From the IMG/VR virus record IMGVR_UViG_3300015607_004069, positions 32,001 to 96,000 of that record: 64,000 bases of DNA. One strand, given 5' to 3'. The DNA comes from a virus (lineage: Duplodnaviria > Caudoviricetes). The notes beneath the pieces were generated by a model. It saw only the letters and a program-made list of their open reading frames with translations, was not told the origin of the DNA and ran no database searches. Numbering within the stretch: the stretch's first letter is position 1; the number at the start of each line of letters is the position of its first letter. The position numbers and the translations under genes are program-made. This document shows positions 9,950 to 18,946 of this stretch, one piece after another.

Positions 9950-11608
9950 TTAATCTGATGTAGGCGGTGGTGGTAATGGTGGTGGCGGTGGTGGTACTGG
10001 TGGCGGAGGCGGTGGAACAGGCGGTGGAACAGGTGGAGGAACAGGTGGAGGAACAGGTGGAGGAACAGGTGGTGGAACAGGCGGTGGAACAGGTGGAGGA
10101 ACAGGAGTGAATGGTGGTGGAGGGACTGGTATAAATGGAGGTGGCGGCGGCGGTACCACAGTTGTTGTCGGTACAGGAGGCGGCGGCGGAAACGGCGGTG
10201 GAAAAGGCGGAAACGGCGGTGGAAAAGGCGGAAACGGCGGAAAAGGCGGTGGCACTGGTGGCGGCGGCACCGGTGGCGGTGGTGGAAACGGTGGAAAAGG
10301 CGGTGGCGGCACCGGTGGCGGGAACGGTGGAAAAGGTGGAAACGGTGGAAACGGCGGTGGTACCGGTGGTGGTACCGGTGGTGTTGGTGGCACTGGTGGT
10401 GGAAACGGTGGAAAAGGTGGTACCGGTGGAAACGGTGGAAAAGGTGGTGGCACCGGTGGCGGCAATGGTATTGGCGGTATTGGTGGTGGCGGTACTGGAG
10501 GCACTGGCGGTGGCGGCACTGGAGGCACTGCTGGTGCTTTTGGTTCATCGCCGCAGCTTATACTAGCCGAACATGCAAACAGCTCATTGGCTATGTTGCC
10601 CAGATTTTGTCTTGCTTGGGCATCAATATTGTTGATATATTCGCGTAACGCTGTATTCCAAGAATCTGTCAGCTGATTCAGCTTGTCATAATAGAAATTG
10701 ACTACGCTAGTAATATAAACTGACAGGCGTACGGCTGATATTGTTGTGACACCACCATCTGTACCATCTGGTAGTCTAAGGACAAAACAGTCAATTGGCA
10801 ATGAGTCGTTGATTGGTCTTACCAATTGCCAATCTTTAATGGTTGTGTTTTTTGCGTTTGAGTATATTATTGATCTGATGAGTGGTGTAGTGTTCCCAAA
10901 TTGTGCTGGTGTGTTGATGTCGGGTAGGGTGACAGTGCCTATGATGGCTTGAATGCTGCATCCGTCTGATGTGGTTTTCAGGTCCAGAAGTGATGTCTTA
11001 TGAAGACCGTCCAGAGTTTGAATCTCTATTTCTTCTATGGGTGATTCTGTGGTGGTGTCTTCGCCTTGATCACCCTGTAGTCCGACTGGTGTCAGATACA
11101 TTCCGCTGCGTCCTGCTGGTCCGTCTTCTCCTTGATCGCCGTCTTCTCCCTTTGGAGCCGGAATCTGATAGCATGCTGTATTTAGAAAGAGGTCGCTTAC
11201 CCTGATTGTCATACCGGATGTTCCGGCATTATCCTGAATCTGGATGGGGTTTCTAGCGCAGTTTTCTCCTGTGGACGATTTGGCGATTGTGGTCGTGCTA
11301 CAGTCGATAGTCAGACTGTTTGATCTTAGAACGATGTTGCCTGAAATAGCACCAGTTGGATTACTACCGCTTTGATTTAATAGCGATTGGCTGGTTAGTA
11401 ATCCGAAGCCACCGGGGTGGGATGGCAAGCCGTCAATGAGGGCTTTATCTATTGATTTGAGCAATCCACTAGTGGTTTCCGTAGCTGCGCCTATTTGCTG
11501 GACTGCACCTGTCCATTGCCATGTTCTAGTTTCTAGATTGTATACCCAGCGATTGCGCAGGGCATCGATAAACTCTTGTTTGTCAAATGGGTTGGTAGGC
11601 AGTGGCAT
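9950..11608 (-). CDS. Collagen-repeat virion/fibre protein with ~200-aa Pro-rich C-terminal tail
   Basis: GEDGDQGEDGPAG collagen triplets; PPVP/PPFP tandem repeats; N-terminus similar to 6062-7915. Confidence 0.65.
   Translation of the reverse strand: MPLPTNPFDKQEFIDALRNRWVYNLETRTWQWTGAVQQIGAATETTSGLLKSIDKALIDGLPSHPGGFGLLTSQSLLNQSGSNPTGAISGNIVLRSNSLTIDCSTTTIAKSSTGENCARNPIQIQDNAGTSGMTIRVSDLFLNTACYQIPAPKGEDGDQGEDGPAGRSGMYLTPVGLQGDQGEDTTTESPIEEIEIQTLDGLHKTSLLDLKTTSDGCSIQAIIGTVTLPDINTPAQFGNTTPLIRSIIYSNAKNTTIKDWQLVRPINDSLPIDCFVLRLPDGTDGGVTTISAVRLSVYITSVVNFYYDKLNQLTDSWNTALREYINNIDAQARQNLGNIANELFACSASISCGDEPKAPAVPPVPPPPVPPVPPPPIPPIPLPPPVPPPFPPFPPVPPFPPFPPPVPPTPPVPPPVPPPFPPFPPFPPFPPPVPPPPFPPFPPPPPVPPPPVPPPFPPFPPFPPPFPPFPPPFPPPPPVPTTTVVPPPPPPFIPVPPPPFTPVPPPVPPPVPPPVPPPVPPPVPPPVPPPVPPPPPPVPPPPPPLPPPPTSD
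9960..10535 (-). repeat. Coding low-complexity repeat (PPVP / PPFPPF)
   Basis: GGT/GGC/GGA-rich tandem units on the + strand, e.g. GGAACAGGTGGA repeated. Confidence 0.9.
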
Positions 11609-11636
11609 AGATAGGCAATCGCAACTTGGTTATTCA

Positions 11637-11954
11637 TTATATATTATTCTTGCTGCAATTGATGCATTTGGTGCAGTCTGGCATGATGTCCAGTCTTTCA
11701 ATCGGAATCGGTTCTAGGCAGCTATCGCAGATACCATAGGTGCCTGCTTCGATCATAGCTAGCGTTTTGTCAATTTGAGAGATGTGACTATATGTATGTG
11801 AAGCTACTGCTGCTGCATCATTTAGAGCATCGGCATTTTGCATAGCATCTATATCATGCATGCTGTCCAGTGCTCCAGTGATTCTAGCTCTTTCATTGAG
11901 CAGCTTGGTCTTCAGTTTCTGAAGATCAATACGTTTGACTTTAGTTCTTGCCAT
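11637..11954 (-). CDS. DksA/TraR C4-type zinc finger protein
   Basis: Coiled coil followed by GTYGICDSCLEPIPIERLDIMPDCTKCINC. Confidence 0.85.
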   Translation of the reverse strand: MARTKVKRIDLQKLKTKLLNERARITGALDSMHDIDAMQNADALNDAAAVASHTYSHISQIDKTLAMIEAGTYGICDSCLEPIPIERLDIMPDCTKCINCSKNNI

Positions 11955-12015
11955 ATCTTGGGTCCTAGTTTACATTGTAGGTTTTTTGCAAATTTTCTGC
12001 ATCATAAGGTGCGCT

Positions 12016-13080
12016 ATGTCCAAGTGCTTTATAATACCGCCGTTCGTTTTAAAGAACATGATCGATTACAATATCGAGAACGGTATAGATCATAGCCACT
12101 TTAGCGCGACCTTGAATGATACAGACAAGATCAGAAAGAACTTTGAAGAATCACAAAACACACTAGCCGCGAAACGAGTAGCGGCTACTATGTTCATGAT
12201 GCCTAAAAGAACTCTCATGCGTGCTATATACAATGCAAACAATGGACTGATATTACCGGGTGTTCTGGCGCGTAGTGAAGGCCAGAAGGAAGTAGAAGAC
12301 CCAGCGATTAATGAATTGTATGATTTGACCGGCCAAGTTTATTCATTTTTTCGTGACTTGTGGGCAAGACACTCTATCGATGATAGAGGTATGATAATCG
12401 AGGCTTCTGCCCATTATGGTATAATGTATGATAATGCATTCTGGGAGAATGGTCGGTTAGGGGCCGGTGATGGTGATGGCATACATTTCGGGCGATTTAC
12501 CAGCGATCTGACGGTTATTGCTCACGAACTGATGCATGGCATAACACAGCTGGAAGCTGGTATAATTTATAGCGGCGAAACCGGCGCTGTCAATGAATCC
12601 ATCAGCGATGCTTTTGGGATTTCCATCGACCACTACGTCAATCGTTCAATATTTCAGAATGCCAATTGGGTTATTGGATCTAAAATTATAAAGCCTGAAG
12701 CGAAACTGAACGCTAGAGGCATTCGTGATATTCGTGAACCCGGAACTGCCTTCAATGATCCAAGAATGGGCAAAGATGCTCAGCCTGCACATTATAAGCA
12801 TTATATTAAGGCCAGTGCTACCGATGAAGTCCACTTGAACTCTGGAATCCTTAATAAAGCGTTCTATCTGGTATGTGAGCAACTACAAGAGCCATCATGG
12901 TCATTACCTATTAGAATATGGTATCGAGCACTATGCGAATATGCTGGTAAGGATACCCATTTCAAAAGTTGGGCGAGCATGACTTGTCAAGCTGCTATTG
13001 ATTTATATGGGGCTGGTGGAAATGAATATAAGGCAGTCAAAAGGGCATGGAATGCCGTTGGCATCACTACTGAAGTGTAG
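12016..13080 (+). CDS. M4 family metallopeptidase (protealysin-like)
   Basis: Short propeptide CFIIPPFVL, YDNAFW, HELMH zinc motif, GAVNESISD, VHLNSGILNKAFYL; start reassigned to ATG 12016 with AAGGT upstream. Confidence 0.9.
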   Translation: MSKCFIIPPFVLKNMIDYNIENGIDHSHFSATLNDTDKIRKNFEESQNTLAAKRVAATMFMMPKRTLMRAIYNANNGLILPGVLARSEGQKEVEDPAINELYDLTGQVYSFFRDLWARHSIDDRGMIIEASAHYGIMYDNAFWENGRLGAGDGDGIHFGRFTSDLTVIAHELMHGITQLEAGIIYSGETGAVNESISDAFGISIDHYVNRSIFQNANWVIGSKIIKPEAKLNARGIRDIREPGTAFNDPRMGKDAQPAHYKHYIKASATDEVHLNSGILNKAFYLVCEQLQEPSWSLPIRIWYRALCEYAGKDTHFKSWASMTCQAAIDLYGAGGNEYKAVKRAWNAVGITTEV

Positions 13081-13089
13081 GGGTGGAAC

Positions 13090-13356
13090 ATGGTGATAAA
13101 TATCACTCGACAAGGCGGGTTTACTAATATAGCTAAGAGTACACGCATTGACACTGATTTATTATCGCCTGTAAAAGCCAGATCAATCAAAGAAGAATTG
13201 TCTAAACTGGTTTCGAACATAAGCCAGTCATGTAATGACAATTCATGTGACAGGTTCACCTATAAAATCAGCTTCGATGATTTGCAGGGCCATCACCAGA
13301 TTATTAAGAATGAATCTAGTATCATTTCATTGCTGGAAGCTATAACCACGGTCTGA
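13090..13356 (+). CDS. Emfourin-like M4 protease inhibitor
   Basis: ITRQGGFTNI and DRFTYKI motifs, directly downstream of a protealysin-like gene. Confidence 0.75.
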   Translation: MVINITRQGGFTNIAKSTRIDTDLLSPVKARSIKEELSKLVSNISQSCNDNSCDRFTYKISFDDLQGHHQIIKNESSIISLLEAITTV

Positions 13357-14053
13357 CCGGTCGTGATGTGTAGTTTAAATAGTGCTTGGCACAACCATGG
13401 TGATTTAATCCTGTAAGAATATCGCGAGTCTTACCAAGCAAATCGACCGTCGTCAGATTGTGTTTTTTAATCAAATAGTTCAACCACGGCTGATCGCGAT
13501 AGTTGCTGTACTGTAAATGATCTAGCCAGTCGTTGTTAAAGGCAGCTATTTTATCGGAGCTAGCCCTGTAAATGAAACTAGCATCATATAGACCGGTCTG
13601 GGCCTGATAGCCATAGTCTAGGAGCATTTTAGTGCATTTTATGCCAGTGGCATTATCTATGAGTTTATTGATGACTAGTTCTCTCAGTTCGTCATAGGCA
13701 CAATGGCGATGAAAATGTCTATGTAAAGCAATGTCACAGTCTGTCGGGTTCAACAGTGGATCGGCGACCAGCCGCATTCCTCCGTCTATCCATATGCTGT
13801 GTTTGTGAGGGATATAGTTTGGTAATGTGATTTTGATTCTTCGGCTTGTCTTTTTGCTGTCGTTGTCGGCCTGAATTCTAATGATTTTCCATGGATGGAT
13901 TGGTTTTAGTGGTAAATCTGTAATGCATATGAAATCGGCATCTAGTGGTATTGATGGACTCATTAGTTCATCGGCTCTTTTAATAATAGCTGTATATACT
14001 ACGAGATCGCGGGATGCCAACTTTGTAATCGATCTTGATAATTCATCAAGCAT
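13340..14053 (-). CDS. Glycosyltransferase-like protein (DUF616/TOD1-like)
   Basis: VVYTAII, DFICITD, SIWIDG, RDQP motifs. Confidence 0.7.
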   Translation of the reverse strand: MLDELSRSITKLASRDLVVYTAIIKRADELMSPSIPLDADFICITDLPLKPIHPWKIIRIQADNDSKKTSRRIKITLPNYIPHKHSIWIDGGMRLVADPLLNPTDCDIALHRHFHRHCAYDELRELVINKLIDNATGIKCTKMLLDYGYQAQTGLYDASFIYRASSDKIAAFNNDWLDHLQYSNYRDQPWLNYLIKKHNLTTVDLLGKTRDILTGLNHHGCAKHYLNYTSRPVRPWL

Positions 14054-14091
14054 TGATTGGCAAATATCCTATGGGTTTTTGGAGCTAGATT

Positions 14092-14919
14092 ATGTCTGAG
14101 TCATTATTATCTAACATCGGTGTTAAGCTGACACTAAATCAATTAGATAATCCGTTAGACGCAATATCTTTGGCCAGCCAAAGCAATATCAAATTAACTG
14201 AATCTTATTTACAATTTGACAGGGCCATTTGCGAAGGCAATATAGCCGATGCCATTGCCTCTGCTGATTTAATTTCTGAACAATTCAATGGAATTGAGTC
14301 TGTTTCCTATGTTGGCGGTCTGGCTGATATATTGCGTTCGGCTCTGTCTGTTGGATACAATGATAGCAATCATTTGCTTGAATCGCTACGGAAGCCGGGC
14401 CACTCTTTCTATGCCAATAACTATCTGGTGACTCAGAAGCTTCTGCCTAAAACTGGATCATATGTCGTTCTTGAATCGACAGGCAATAAAGTCAATGTCG
14501 CCTTGCTCGACGATATGGATGTGACGGCATCTTTTTCATTTGACGAAGCTTCTCAGAATTGGCACAATTTCGCTAATGAGATGCTTCTTGAAAATGATGG
14601 CCAGAAGCATACCATCCATAGTGATGGAAGACCTGATCTACGCAGAGCGAGAGTAGAATCGGGAATGTCACAGCGAGAGATGGCTGATGCTATGGGGATT
14701 GGCAAATCGACTCTGGCCAAATGGGAATTAGGCCATGCCAATCCTAGACATAATATGGTCCAAAAAGCAGCCAGCGTTGCCGGTGTCAGCCCTGAATCAT
14801 TCTTTGATGATGGCTCAGTAACTGCTTATGAAGGCAATTTGAATAGTGACTCGGAGGAGTCAGAGAAAGAAGAGCCAGTTTCGCAGCAGCACGATGATGA
14901 TGAGAACACCAATGCATAG
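14092..14919 (+). CDS. XRE-family HTH protein with long N-terminal extension
   Basis: LRRARVESGMSQREMADAMGIGKSTLAKWELG helix-turn-helix; N-terminal part rich in LxE motifs. Confidence 0.75.
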   Translation: MSESLLSNIGVKLTLNQLDNPLDAISLASQSNIKLTESYLQFDRAICEGNIADAIASADLISEQFNGIESVSYVGGLADILRSALSVGYNDSNHLLESLRKPGHSFYANNYLVTQKLLPKTGSYVVLESTGNKVNVALLDDMDVTASFSFDEASQNWHNFANEMLLENDGQKHTIHSDGRPDLRRARVESGMSQREMADAMGIGKSTLAKWELGHANPRHNMVQKAASVAGVSPESFFDDGSVTAYEGNLNSDSEESEKEEPVSQQHDDDENTNA

Positions 14920-15238
14920 TTTCGAGGACTTATTGAACGAGGTCTTTGATCCATCTCCTGCTATTAGTGGGCAGGCTGATGTCCAGCAAGTTACATCTCC
15001 CAATCAGGATGACAAACCAGATCCCAGATCTGAAAATTTACGCAAGGCGTATGAGTCTTCTCTGGCTAAAGCTAAACAAATAGAGCAGGATGCCGCTAAA
15101 ACACAGGATGTTAATAAATATAATGCCGCAGCTAACGCCAGAAAAGAAGCCGATAGCAGATATAATGCATACCAGAAATCTCTTGACCAGAAGAACTCGT
15201 CGGAAAATGTAGGCATGCCGCAAGAATTTGCGATATAG
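14912..15238 (+). CDS. Hypothetical protein
   Basis: ATG overlapping the upstream gene end; begins MHSFEDLLNE. Confidence 0.55.
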   Translation: MHSFEDLLNEVFDPSPAISGQADVQQVTSPNQDDKPDPRSENLRKAYESSLAKAKQIEQDAAKTQDVNKYNAAANARKEADSRYNAYQKSLDQKNSSENVGMPQEFAI

Positions 15239-15240
15239 AA

Positions 15241-16002
15241 TTAAAACGTCAGTTTTCCAAGCGGTCTGTTTCTTAGCCTATCCCATTCGGCTGTGTGATG
15301 CTCAGCTGCGCTATGCCATAAATTCTGACCGTTTCTCCAACGATAAGCACCAAGTGGAGCATTCAAAAATTGAAAGTCTTTAATGCCATTTTTCCAAGCA
15401 CGAAGCCAGAGGTCGCAATCAGCTAACGCTTTGAACCATGGGTCAAACAAACCGATTTGATCATGTATAGAGCGATCCCATAATGGAAAGTGTCCACAGC
15501 TGACTAGATCGGCATCCGGGTTATAATGAGTAGCATTGTTAGCTGTGCCTCTAATTTCTGACCAGTGATTGATGTTTTCTCCTATGACATACCAGTCACT
15601 GAAACAAATTTTCGATTTGGTTTGTTCTAATGTTCTGATGGCTTCGTCAAAGTAATTCGGGGCATTCAGGTCGTCGGTATTGCAGTTGGTCAGATATTTA
15701 GTAGATGTCCTGTTGATGATGTGATTCCATGCTCCATAGACGGTGCAGAAATCTATGACTTCATAGTGAAAATTGTCATATCCGGCGAACGATTCGCAGA
15801 TCAGATTATCGGTCGGATCAGGGCTTTGTGCATTGACGCAATAAATTAACAGCTGACCACGTTTGTAGGCGTTTGTTTCGAATAGGTTAGTTAGTCTTGC
15901 TCTGAGCCATCGTGATGAATTGTAGATTGAAACCATCGCTGTCACTTTAAGGTCGGACATTTTCTTTTGCCTTTTGGGAACAATGATAACTCGTCTCTTC
16001 AT
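15241..16002 (-). CDS. Glycosyltransferase family 2
   Basis: VTAMVSIYN, YGAWN, NCNTDD, IGLFDPWFKALADCDLWLR. Confidence 0.8.
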   Translation of the reverse strand: MKRRVIIVPKRQKKMSDLKVTAMVSIYNSSRWLRARLTNLFETNAYKRGQLLIYCVNAQSPDPTDNLICESFAGYDNFHYEVIDFCTVYGAWNHIINRTSTKYLTNCNTDDLNAPNYFDEAIRTLEQTKSKICFSDWYVIGENINHWSEIRGTANNATHYNPDADLVSCGHFPLWDRSIHDQIGLFDPWFKALADCDLWLRAWKNGIKDFQFLNAPLGAYRWRNGQNLWHSAAEHHTAEWDRLRNRPLGKLTF

Positions 16003-16057
16003 TTCTTTCTCCGAATTTAAATAAGTTTGATATCGTATTTACTTACAGGCAAATTCA

Positions 16058-17188
16058 ATGAATCTCGGCAGGTTTGTTTACAAAATTGATGAAGATACTT
16101 ATTATGATTCTTTGCGCCACAAGCGGATTAATTCAGCTGCAGTCATTGAATGTCGATTATTGGCTGGTCAAGAGGCTGACGCAATAGAACGGTATCTGAT
16201 GGCTCCTAAGCCCATTCAAAAAATAACGCTTATTCCGTCCTATGAATGCAATTTAAGATGTAAAATGTGCATTATAGGGCATATGTTAAAAGCACCAACT
16301 GGTTCTGATTACGGATCTACTGATCTCAATGCCTTTGTGCGATTTATGCGTAGAATAGGAACCAATTATTGTGGGATTATCGGGGGAGAACCATTTTTAC
16401 ATCATCGTATGATCTCTGGCATAAAACAATTGATGCCAGAATCATATTTGAATATTACCACTAATGGCGTGTGGGATTACGAAGAGGTCAAGGAAGCAAT
16501 AGCAGCTTGCGGCGTATTGACTTTCAGCATTGATGGCCTGCCGGAGGATCACAATGCTGCTAGAATTCCTCTGAAAATGACAAAGGAAAAATTCGGATCT
16601 GATGAATTTGCTGTCTCCCTTCGTAATCTAGCTAAGGTCTGTAAGCATCACCCTGATGTTAATGTAGCTGTTCAGGGTAGCATGATGCATGCCGATTATG
16701 ATGAACATTATATCTGGGTCTATTTTCAAACCATGATAACGCTTGGTGTCAAATTGGAAAACATTTCTTTGTCCAATGCTGCTTCATCCAAATTCTGGAA
16801 TAATAATAAGATAAATCAGCATGGGATACACAAGACTACTAGAAAAAAGCCATGTTGTGATTTTCTTTTGGGCGGTGATTATGTAGTTTATAATAACAAG
16901 GTCTATTCGTCTTATTATAATTTAAATCAGGATCATGCCATTGGCGACCTTGACTCGTCGATTGATGAGCTGAATTCCAATCAAATGAAGTACATCAGAT
17001 CTTCTATGCCTATTTTGAGTGATCCGGTATGCATGACTGAATGTAAGGCCGTTGGAATCTGCTGGGGCATGTGTACTAACTTGACGCATGATCATATCAA
17101 TAGTGGCACTAGGCTGAGTGATATTTGTGGACGTGCCACCAAAGAAGAAGCAATGGCGGGGATTGTTGCTAATGAATTATCAAGATAG
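16058..17188 (+). CDS. Radical SAM protein with SPASM-like C-terminus
   Basis: CNLRCKMC, GGEPFL, TTNG, SIDG motifs; C-terminal CMTECKAVGICWGMC. Confidence 0.85.
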   Translation: MNLGRFVYKIDEDTYYDSLRHKRINSAAVIECRLLAGQEADAIERYLMAPKPIQKITLIPSYECNLRCKMCIIGHMLKAPTGSDYGSTDLNAFVRFMRRIGTNYCGIIGGEPFLHHRMISGIKQLMPESYLNITTNGVWDYEEVKEAIAACGVLTFSIDGLPEDHNAARIPLKMTKEKFGSDEFAVSLRNLAKVCKHHPDVNVAVQGSMMHADYDEHYIWVYFQTMITLGVKLENISLSNAASSKFWNNNKINQHGIHKTTRKKPCCDFLLGGDYVVYNNKVYSSYYNLNQDHAIGDLDSSIDELNSNQMKYIRSSMPILSDPVCMTECKAVGICWGMCTNLTHDHINSGTRLSDICGRATKEEAMAGIVANELSR

Positions 17189-18257
17189 GTTGCCATATCA
17201 ACGGCAGTTACATGAAAAGTATGAGAGGTTTTTGACCTTATCTGAAATTGATAAACTCGATTACTATGCTAATCGCAGAGTGGCTATAAAATTCCTTGGT
17301 GGTCAGCATAAGGCGGTTGCTTTACGGTCTTCTGGCACTAGAGCAGCCCCTAAGATCTATGGCTGGGGGCCATATTTCAATGAGATGTACAGATTCATTT
17401 TGGACATTGTTACTAATTGTTCAGCCAGAAAGAGAGTGGCTGTTCAACTGGCCAAATCTGATTTTTCATCTGATACTTCTTTTGCATATCAGCACGATCT
17501 GTCGGATGACCACTTCATCGATACTATGCTGACCTTTTCTATTGGTAAGACAGGGATTGATAGGTCTGTTCAGAAATTGTTATCAAATGTCGATATTATT
17601 ATTGATCCGAATTTGCTGTATCTGCTGGATAGACATCTAGGGCTTGTTAAACATGTCGGCAGTGATTGCCGTTTCTTTTTTACTGGTAGTATTCTGACTG
17701 ATGAAGTCAAGGATCTAGTATCCGGCTTCAGGTGCTTTGATTGGATGAGGTCTTGGGATGGCGGTGCTACATTTTATACTTGTCAGTTCGGGAACAAACA
17801 CTGGTTGAATTTTGTGTCAGAACTGTATAGGACATACGATGGTAGATTGTTTTCTACTGATTTGTATAATGCTCACACTGTTCATTGTGACTATTTTAAT
17901 GGTGATATTGTTGAAGTTAATTCGAAGATCGGACGCTGTTTTTGTGGTTTGGACTATTATGATATCCAGTTTCAGGATCGTGGACGTTCTCTGACTGCTG
18001 TTTCACCTAATGGTCAGTTTTATTCGTATGCGGTTTTGAGGAATATCCTATTTAAGGTGAAATCGGATATAAGTTTTGATGATGTGTTTTATGATGTTTT
18101 TGATAATGAGATGGACATTGTTCTGATTGGTGACGTAGATGTTCAGGTCAAAAGCGAATATTTGAATGTATTAAGAACGATATATGATTTCAAGAGTGTT
18201 AGATACAAAGATTATTTAGACGACGGCCACAAAGTGAATCTGCTGAGGGTTAGATAA
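17172..18257 (+). CDS. Phenylacetate-CoA-ligase/CapK-like adenylate-forming protein
   Basis: RSSGTRAAPK loop, STDLYN, YFNGD, CFCG motifs. Confidence 0.55.
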   Translation: MNYQDRLPYQRQLHEKYERFLTLSEIDKLDYYANRRVAIKFLGGQHKAVALRSSGTRAAPKIYGWGPYFNEMYRFILDIVTNCSARKRVAVQLAKSDFSSDTSFAYQHDLSDDHFIDTMLTFSIGKTGIDRSVQKLLSNVDIIIDPNLLYLLDRHLGLVKHVGSDCRFFFTGSILTDEVKDLVSGFRCFDWMRSWDGGATFYTCQFGNKHWLNFVSELYRTYDGRLFSTDLYNAHTVHCDYFNGDIVEVNSKIGRCFCGLDYYDIQFQDRGRSLTAVSPNGQFYSYAVLRNILFKVKSDISFDDVFYDVFDNEMDIVLIGDVDVQVKSEYLNVLRTIYDFKSVRYKDYLDDGHKVNLLRVR

Positions 18258-18505
18258 TGGTAGCTATAATCGAACGCTCATTGCAATTAATTAGAGATTG
18301 TGAGATAGATATTGATTTAAGTAGTGATGTTCATTTGGTTGAGTTTTCCGAAATCAAGAACAGAATAGATAGCGCAATAGTCGGGTTTGTTGGAACTCAA
18401 GATCCGACTTGCTTCTGCAAGGAAGTTCCACCTATGTTTTCTAGTGCTTGTGATACTCCTCCTGATGTCACTGAGACTCCTCCTCCAGCGCCCGATTTTG
18501 GTTAA
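18257..18505 (+). CDS. Small Cys/Pro-containing protein
   Basis: TAATG coupling with the upstream gene; C-terminus TCFCKEVPPMFSSACDTPP. Confidence 0.55.
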   Translation: MVAIIERSLQLIRDCEIDIDLSSDVHLVEFSEIKNRIDSAIVGFVGTQDPTCFCKEVPPMFSSACDTPPDVTETPPPAPDFG

Positions 18506-18550
18506 ACTGGTGTAAATAAAAATATAGTGTAGATGTGAAGGGGATTGCTC

Positions 18551-18859
18551 ATGCCATATGAAGTTAGAAAACAAGGCGATGGTTATAAAGTCTTTAAGAA
18601 AGGTACGCAAAAAGCGTATAGTGAAAAGCCACTGCCTAAGGCTAAGGCTGAGGCACAAATGCGAGCCATTTATGCTAACACACAGAATGAATCCAAAACC
18701 TATATGAATGATTTTGGCGCTAGAATTGATGAACTTCTGTCGGAAGAAATGCCTGATTTCATAAAAGAAAAGATCGAAAGCAAGAAGAATAAAGGCAAAA
18801 AGCCAGAAAAGAATGACAAGGAAGAATGCGATTACGGTGATGAAGATTGCGATAAGTAG
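18551..18859 (+). CDS. Small hypothetical phage protein
   Basis: MPYEVRKQGDGYKVFKK start; charged tail; followed by a terminator. Confidence 0.6.
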   Translation: MPYEVRKQGDGYKVFKKGTQKAYSEKPLPKAKAEAQMRAIYANTQNESKTYMNDFGARIDELLSEEMPDFIKEKIESKKNKGKKPEKNDKEECDYGDEDCDK

Positions 18860-18888
18860 TCATTAACTCAGTACAACGTGCACCATAT

Positions 18889-18930
18889 GAAACGAGCCGC
18901 ATCACAAATGCGGCTCGTTTCGTTTTTCTT
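18889..18930 (+). terminator. Rho-independent terminator
   Basis: 14-bp stem GAAACGAGCCGCAT/ATGCGGCTCGTTTC followed by GTTTTTCTT, between convergent genes. Confidence 0.8.
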
Positions 18931-18946
18931 GAGTATTTTATGTTTT

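Noticed and set aside
9883-10676. His/Arg-rich, Gly-rich and VETVEK ORFs overlapping the Pro repeat
   Set aside because: Alternative-frame and antisense shadows of the low-complexity repeat in 9950-11608
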